A stretch of 64,000 nucleotides of DNA from a virus. Its lineage: Duplodnaviria; Caudoviricetes. Location of the stretch: IMG/VR virus record IMGVR_UViG_3300035208_002115; one strand, written 5' to 3'. Every line of letters begins with the position of its first letter. Position 1 is the first letter of the stretch. Made by a program: the position numbers and the translations under genes. Under the pieces are notes generated by a model. The model did not search any database. It was given only the letters and a program-made list of their open reading frames with translations, and was not told the origin of the DNA. Below are positions 59,715-64,000 of this stretch, piece after piece.

Positions 59715-60582
59715 AATATTTAAAAAAAATTTCGGTTACACTCCACTTAATGAAAGACTCAAAGACATTCAGAGAGAATTTTTTGAGTTAATGAAATGGA
59801 CTGATGTTAAAAATTTAAAAGAAGAAGCTGGGGATTTGATATGTTCCTTAATAGAATTACATACTGAGAATGGATGGGATTTACAAGAGAATATAGAAAG
59901 TACTCTTTTGAAGATTGAGTCCCGAATGTTACAATACAAAACCCTTGGTCGTAAAACTAAGGTTGCTATATATGGTGGTGCTTTTGACCCAATAACAATA
60001 GGTCACATTCAGGTGGCACAATTTCTTTTAAATACTTCTGGTGAATTCGATGAGGTTTGGATAATGCCAGCATACAAACATATGTATGGTAAAAGGATGG
60101 AAGATGCCGAAGATAGATTAGAAATGTGCCGATTGGCAGCCAAGGTTGATAATAGAATAAGAATTTTTGATTATGAAATAAAAAATCAACTGGCTGGTGA
60201 AACATATTATTTTGTTAAAAAATTAAAAGAGGAAAAAGAACTAACAGAACAATTTCATTTTAGTATAGTGATTGGTTTGGATAATTCTAATACCTTCGAG
60301 AATTGGGTCAATTATGAATTGTTGGAAAGATTAATTCGTTTTGTTGTTGTACCAAGACGTGGTTATGTTAGCAGTAGTCCGAAAGCTTGGTATTTTAAAG
60401 AACCTCACATATATTTAAGCGGTGAGAACCCAGTTATGGAAGTTTCTTCTTCTGAAGTAAGAGAGCTATTGGTTAAATATTACAAAGATATTCATCCAGA
60501 TGATGAGAAAAAACTATTAACAAAAATATCACTCGATGTATTTAGATATATTGTAAAAAAACAATTATATACAGAATTATAA
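59674..60582 (+). CDS. nadD: MazG-like NTP pyrophosphatase domain fused to NadD/NMNAT-type adenylyltransferase
   Basis: N-terminal E..EL...LKEEAGDL; then YGGAFDPITIGH, WIMP, RLEM, IG.D...F..W, VSSSEVR. Confidence 0.8.
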   Translation: MSKMTIELQEEINKIFKKNFGYTPLNERLKDIQREFFELMKWTDVKNLKEEAGDLICSLIELHTENGWDLQENIESTLLKIESRMLQYKTLGRKTKVAIYGGAFDPITIGHIQVAQFLLNTSGEFDEVWIMPAYKHMYGKRMEDAEDRLEMCRLAAKVDNRIRIFDYEIKNQLAGETYYFVKKLKEEKELTEQFHFSIVIGLDNSNTFENWVNYELLERLIRFVVVPRRGYVSSSPKAWYFKEPHIYLSGENPVMEVSSSEVRELLVKYYKDIHPDDEKKLLTKISLDVFRYIVKKQLYTEL

Positions 60583-60656
60583 GTATAAATTTTTTCAAAC
60601 ATTTAAACGGATTTTAACTATAATAATTTTATTCTAAAAATTAAAAACGGAAACAA

Positions 60657-61013
60657 ATGGAAGATTTAAAAGAACAAACGGAACAATTGACTGGAGCGTT
60701 TTTTGCTTCATTAAAACGCAATAACAAACAAATACGGGATGACCGGGCGCTTGCTATTGTGGAAGATACTCAAATGATTTACAAGCGTAAAATTGAGGAT
60801 TTGGAAACGGAGTTGAAAAGGATGAGAAGGGAACTCGAAAACATGCTTGACCTTTCTCCAACAAATGCACAATCACTTATTATAGCAAGTGATTTTAAGA
60901 GTATCGAATTTGTTGATAAAGACCTTGAATTGGGTTTAAAGATTCGCAATACCGAAATTATGTTGGAAATTTCAAAAAAAAGGTATGAATTTTTATTTGG
61001 AGGGAATGAATAA
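60657..61013 (+). CDS. Coiled-coil hypothetical protein
   Basis: SLKRNNKQIR.DRA...LDLSP; coupled to the vWA gene by TAATG. Confidence 0.6.
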   Translation: MEDLKEQTEQLTGAFFASLKRNNKQIRDDRALAIVEDTQMIYKRKIEDLETELKRMRRELENMLDLSPTNAQSLIIASDFKSIEFVDKDLELGLKIRNTEIMLEISKKRYEFLFGGNE

Positions 61014-61912
61014 TGGGTGGTGGTAATTATTCCTTACATTCTCGTTCAGTAAGGGCTGCTGATTTAGGCTATAAGACTAAATCAACTCATGAGATTTTCA
61101 AACAGCGTTCCATTAATAATGCAATGAATCCATTTGGAGTCGCTATTAGAGAATCGAGAGATTCTAACGAACACCCAAATTCAGTATCAATTATACTGGG
61201 TTTAGATGTTACAGGTTCTATGGGGTCTGTCCCACATTTTCTTGTAAAAGAAGGATTACCCAATATAATGGAAAAAATTATCGCTGGTGGTATAGCTGAC
61301 CCACAGGTACTTTTTCTTGCCATTGGAGACCACGAAGAAGATAATTCACCCTTACAGGTGGCTCAATTTGAATCAAGTGATGAATTACTTGATAAATGGT
61401 TAACTGATGTATATCTTGAAGGTGGTGGTGGTGGTAACGAAGGTGAAAGTTATTTACTTGCATGGTATTTTGCTGCATATCATACTTCAATTGATTGTTT
61501 TGAAAAGAGAAACAACAAAGGATTTATATTCACTATCGGTGACGAACCAACTTTAAAGAATTTACCCAAAAATGCTGTTAAAGACATGATGGGTGAAGGA
61601 CAATATAGTGATTACACATCTGATTCTCTTTTAGAAAAAGCTTGTGAAAAATATCATGTTTATCACTTACATATAAAACAAACAAATGCAGGTGGCCGAC
61701 AAGAGACTATTAATGGTTGGAAACAACTTATGGGTGATAAACTCATTATTGTTGAAAATAAGAATGATGTAGCAAATATTATTGCTGAAACTATTTTGAA
61801 AGTTCAAAAAAGTGAAAAACCTAAAGTTAAAGAACAGGATTATACACCAAGTTCATCTGATTCAATCATTGTTTCTGACACAACTGAGTTTAGTCCAAGT
61901 GATATGTTATAA
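61013..61912 (+). CDS. vWA (MIDAS) domain protein
   Basis: LGLDVTGSMG, LEGGGGGN.GESY, FTIGDEP. Confidence 0.8.
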   Translation: MGGGNYSLHSRSVRAADLGYKTKSTHEIFKQRSINNAMNPFGVAIRESRDSNEHPNSVSIILGLDVTGSMGSVPHFLVKEGLPNIMEKIIAGGIADPQVLFLAIGDHEEDNSPLQVAQFESSDELLDKWLTDVYLEGGGGGNEGESYLLAWYFAAYHTSIDCFEKRNNKGFIFTIGDEPTLKNLPKNAVKDMMGEGQYSDYTSDSLLEKACEKYHVYHLHIKQTNAGGRQETINGWKQLMGDKLIIVENKNDVANIIAETILKVQKSEKPKVKEQDYTPSSSDSIIVSDTTEFSPSDML

Positions 61913-61924
61913 AACAATTATTTA

Positions 61925-64000
61925 ATGAATAAAGCTGTTTTGGGCATTGGGTATGGGGATGAAGGTAAGGGTATAACAACCGATTACCTCTGTCCCCTTT
62001 CTTTTAATCCAATGGTAGTGAGATTTTCAGGTGGTCAGCAAGCTGGTCATTGTCAAGTAGGTGATACACTTATTACCACAATTAATGGTTTATTTTATAT
62101 TAAAGATTTAGTAGGTGAAAAAACAAATGTTAATTCGTCTTTTGATGTCATTAATATGAATTTAGAATCTGAAAAAACATCCTTATTGTATAAAGAAAAA
62201 AATAAAAAGGTTAATAAAATACTTCTTTCCAATGGTGTCGAATTTGGGTGTACTTCTTCACATAAATATTTCGTATGGAATTCTATTAATATGTCATGTG
62301 AGTGGGTTGAAAGTGTGTATTTGAATAAAAATATACATCAATTTATTTTCCCAAAAAAATATGATAATTATATAGGTAATGATTTATTTGATTTATCTAA
62401 TATTGATAATACAACAGATTTTATTCATAATAAAGTTAAAATTAACATTAAAAAAATAGATATATATGATATATCGGAGTTAATGGGTCTTGTTAATGGT
62501 GATGGTATGTTTACTAAAAAGGGTTTACAAATTATTTTTAATAAAAAACAAAAAGATGTATTAGAAACAGTTGTTAATTCCTTAAAAAACATGGGGATAA
62601 ATTATACAATTAAACCACATAAATGCAAATCTTGTTTAATATTATATATATGGTCTACTGATTTTTTGAATATTCTTTTAAAATTGGGTTGCTTTTTTAA
62701 AAAAGGTGTAGAAAAAAGAACACCCACTTTTGTGTTAAATGGTACAAAAAAAATAATTAAATCATATTTAAGAGGTCTTTTTGATACCGATGGGTGTGTT
62801 AGTTTTCACAAAAAAAAACAAAATATATATGGAAGAATAAAATTTAGTAACACATCTGAAATTTTAATTCGAGAAATGCAACAAATGTTATATTTAATTG
62901 GAATACATTCCCATGTATCAATATATAAAAATAAAAAAAAGAAACGATTAACTGTATTTAATATAGAAATATCTTCTATTGAAGATATTATAAAATTTTC
63001 AGAAAGAATAGGATTTATTTCTAAATATAATAATAATAAATTAGATAAATTAATAGAATTAAAACAAAATAAAAACCCAAACCTTAATGGTGTTGTATTA
63101 AAAGTAAATTCAAATTTCAAAAAAAACTTCCTTAAAATATTAAATAAAAAGGGAAGAAATAATAACAATATTAGAACAAATTTCATTCTAAATAATAAAT
63201 CAAAAATACAAGAAGAATATAATTATCTGATAGAACTTTTAGAAACATATAATTTAATAAATATTAAAGAAATAGTATTAAATGACAGAATTGAAAATGT
63301 CTACGATATAACAATGCCAAACACACATAGTTATATTTCAAATGGTACTATATCCCACAACACCGTTATTTTAAATGATATCAGACACGTATTTTCAAAT
63401 TTTGGTTCTGGTACATTACGTGAAATCCCAAGTTATTGGGCGAAATACTGCACCGTTGACCCAGTTGGTCTAATAAATGAATTAGATATTTTAATTGAAA
63501 AAGGTGTTCAGCCTTTATTATACATTGATGAAAGGTGTCCTATAACAACACCATTTGATATATTTTATAATCATGAATCCGAAAAAACCAATAATCATGG
63601 TAGCGTTGGGGTTGGTGTTGGTGCTACAATAAATAGAGAAGAAAAATTTTATTCTTTACAATTTGGTGATTTATTTTATGAACCAGTGATGAGAATAAAA
63701 TTAAATGAAATAAAAAAATTCTATAATTTAAATTTTGAAATTAATTTAGATAGATTTTTTCAAAGTATAGAAAGAATCATATCTTCTAAAAATATAAAAC
63801 CTGTGTATGATTTTCCATTTAGTGAAAATTATATTTTTGAAGGTTCTCAGGGATTATTATTAGACCCAAATATTGGGTTTTTCCCTCATGTCACAAGAAG
63901 TTATGTTAGTACTAAAAATATAATAGATGCTGGATTTAAACCTGAATTATATTTAGTTACAAGAGCTTATCAAACCAGACATGGTAATGGGGCTATGATT
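61925..64000 (+). CDS. purA: Adenylosuccinate synthetase-like protein with intein, 3'-truncated by the window (absent from the ORF track)
   Basis: MNKAVLGIGYGDEGKG...RFSGGQQAGH|intein|TV...HGSVGVGVG...FEGSQGLLLD...FPHVTRS...VTRAYQTRHGNG. Confidence 0.85.
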   Translation, partial: MNKAVLGIGYGDEGKGITTDYLCPLSFNPMVVRFSGGQQAGHCQVGDTLITTINGLFYIKDLVGEKTNVNSSFDVINMNLESEKTSLLYKEKNKKVNKILLSNGVEFGCTSSHKYFVWNSINMSCEWVESVYLNKNIHQFIFPKKYDNYIGNDLFDLSNIDNTTDFIHNKVKINIKKIDIYDISELMGLVNGDGMFTKKGLQIIFNKKQKDVLETVVNSLKNMGINYTIKPHKCKSCLILYIWSTDFLNILLKLGCFFKKGVEKRTPTFVLNGTKKIIKSYLRGLFDTDGCVSFHKKKQNIYGRIKFSNTSEILIREMQQMLYLIGIHSHVSIYKNKKKKRLTVFNIEISSIEDIIKFSERIGFISKYNNNKLDKLIELKQNKNPNLNGVVLKVNSNFKKNFLKILNKKGRNNNNIRTNFILNNKSKIQEEYNYLIELLETYNLINIKEIVLNDRIENVYDITMPNTHSYISNGTISHNTVILNDIRHVFSNFGSGTLREIPSYWAKYCTVDPVGLINELDILIEKGVQPLLYIDERCPITTPFDIFYNHESEKTNNHGSVGVGVGATINREEKFYSLQFGDLFYEPVMRIKLNEIKKFYNLNFEINLDRFFQSIERIISSKNIKPVYDFPFSENYIFEGSQGLLLDPNIGFFPHVTRSYVSTKNIIDAGFKPELYLVTRAYQTRHGNGAMI
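62051..63361 (+). mobile_element. 437-aa intein with LAGLIDADG homing endonuclease
   Basis: Starts CQVGDTLI; block B CTSSH; LMGLVNGDG and YLRGLFDTDG motifs; ends VYDITMPNTHSYISNGTISHN, followed by Thr. Confidence 0.9.

Noticed and set aside
61925-64000. PurZ (2-aminoadenine DNA pathway), suggested by the nearby MazG-like domain
   Set aside because: It keeps the PurA-type GDEGKG Asp rather than the PurZ GSTGKG signature, and no DatZ-like HD phosphatase was seen.
1-64000. Genome-wide stop-codon reassignment
   Set aside because: Long conserved genes are intact in code 11, and TAA, TAG and TGA all end well-defined genes; only two local in-frame TAAs were seen.
1-64000. tRNA, rRNA or large ncRNA genes
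   Set aside because: Intergenic gaps are short and AT-rich and no cloverleaf or T-loop signature was noticed by eye; tRNAscan-SE/Infernal would be needed to exclude them fully.

Overview
A very AT-rich, gene-dense segment of a large T4-like (jumbo-type, contractile-tail) phage genome in the standard genetic code. The host is probably a Bacteroidota, judged from TAnnTTTG promoter boxes and the lack of Shine-Dalgarno sites. Positions 1-15.4 kb hold tail-fibre and baseplate genes, including a gp5-like spike with an M15 peptidase. Next come uvsX, a gp41/DnaB helicase 'fractured' by a naturally split intein with a free-standing Vsr-like endonuclease between the halves, and a class II RNR. From 24 to 56 kb is an accessory region of small ORFs (HNH, C39 peptidase, DnaJ, peptide deformylase, NADAR, ART-like proteins, a 7-gene paralog array, a RuvC-like resolvase). 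The right end carries an NAD-dependent ligase and a MazG-NadD / vWA / intein-containing PurA-like operon. The standout is a cas-less array of 36-bp repeats with 29-30-bp unique spacers (41351-41648). Its first repeat is itself the protein-coding 3' end of a 111-aa gene, so the gene-proximal spacer encodes the protein's C-terminus. Two dispersed peptide 'address tags' are also visible: an N-terminal T4-CTS-like motif on genes behind a TAATATATA promoter, and a C-terminal RxxK(L/I)xx(I/L) motif. All calls come from reading motifs by eye; no database searches were run.
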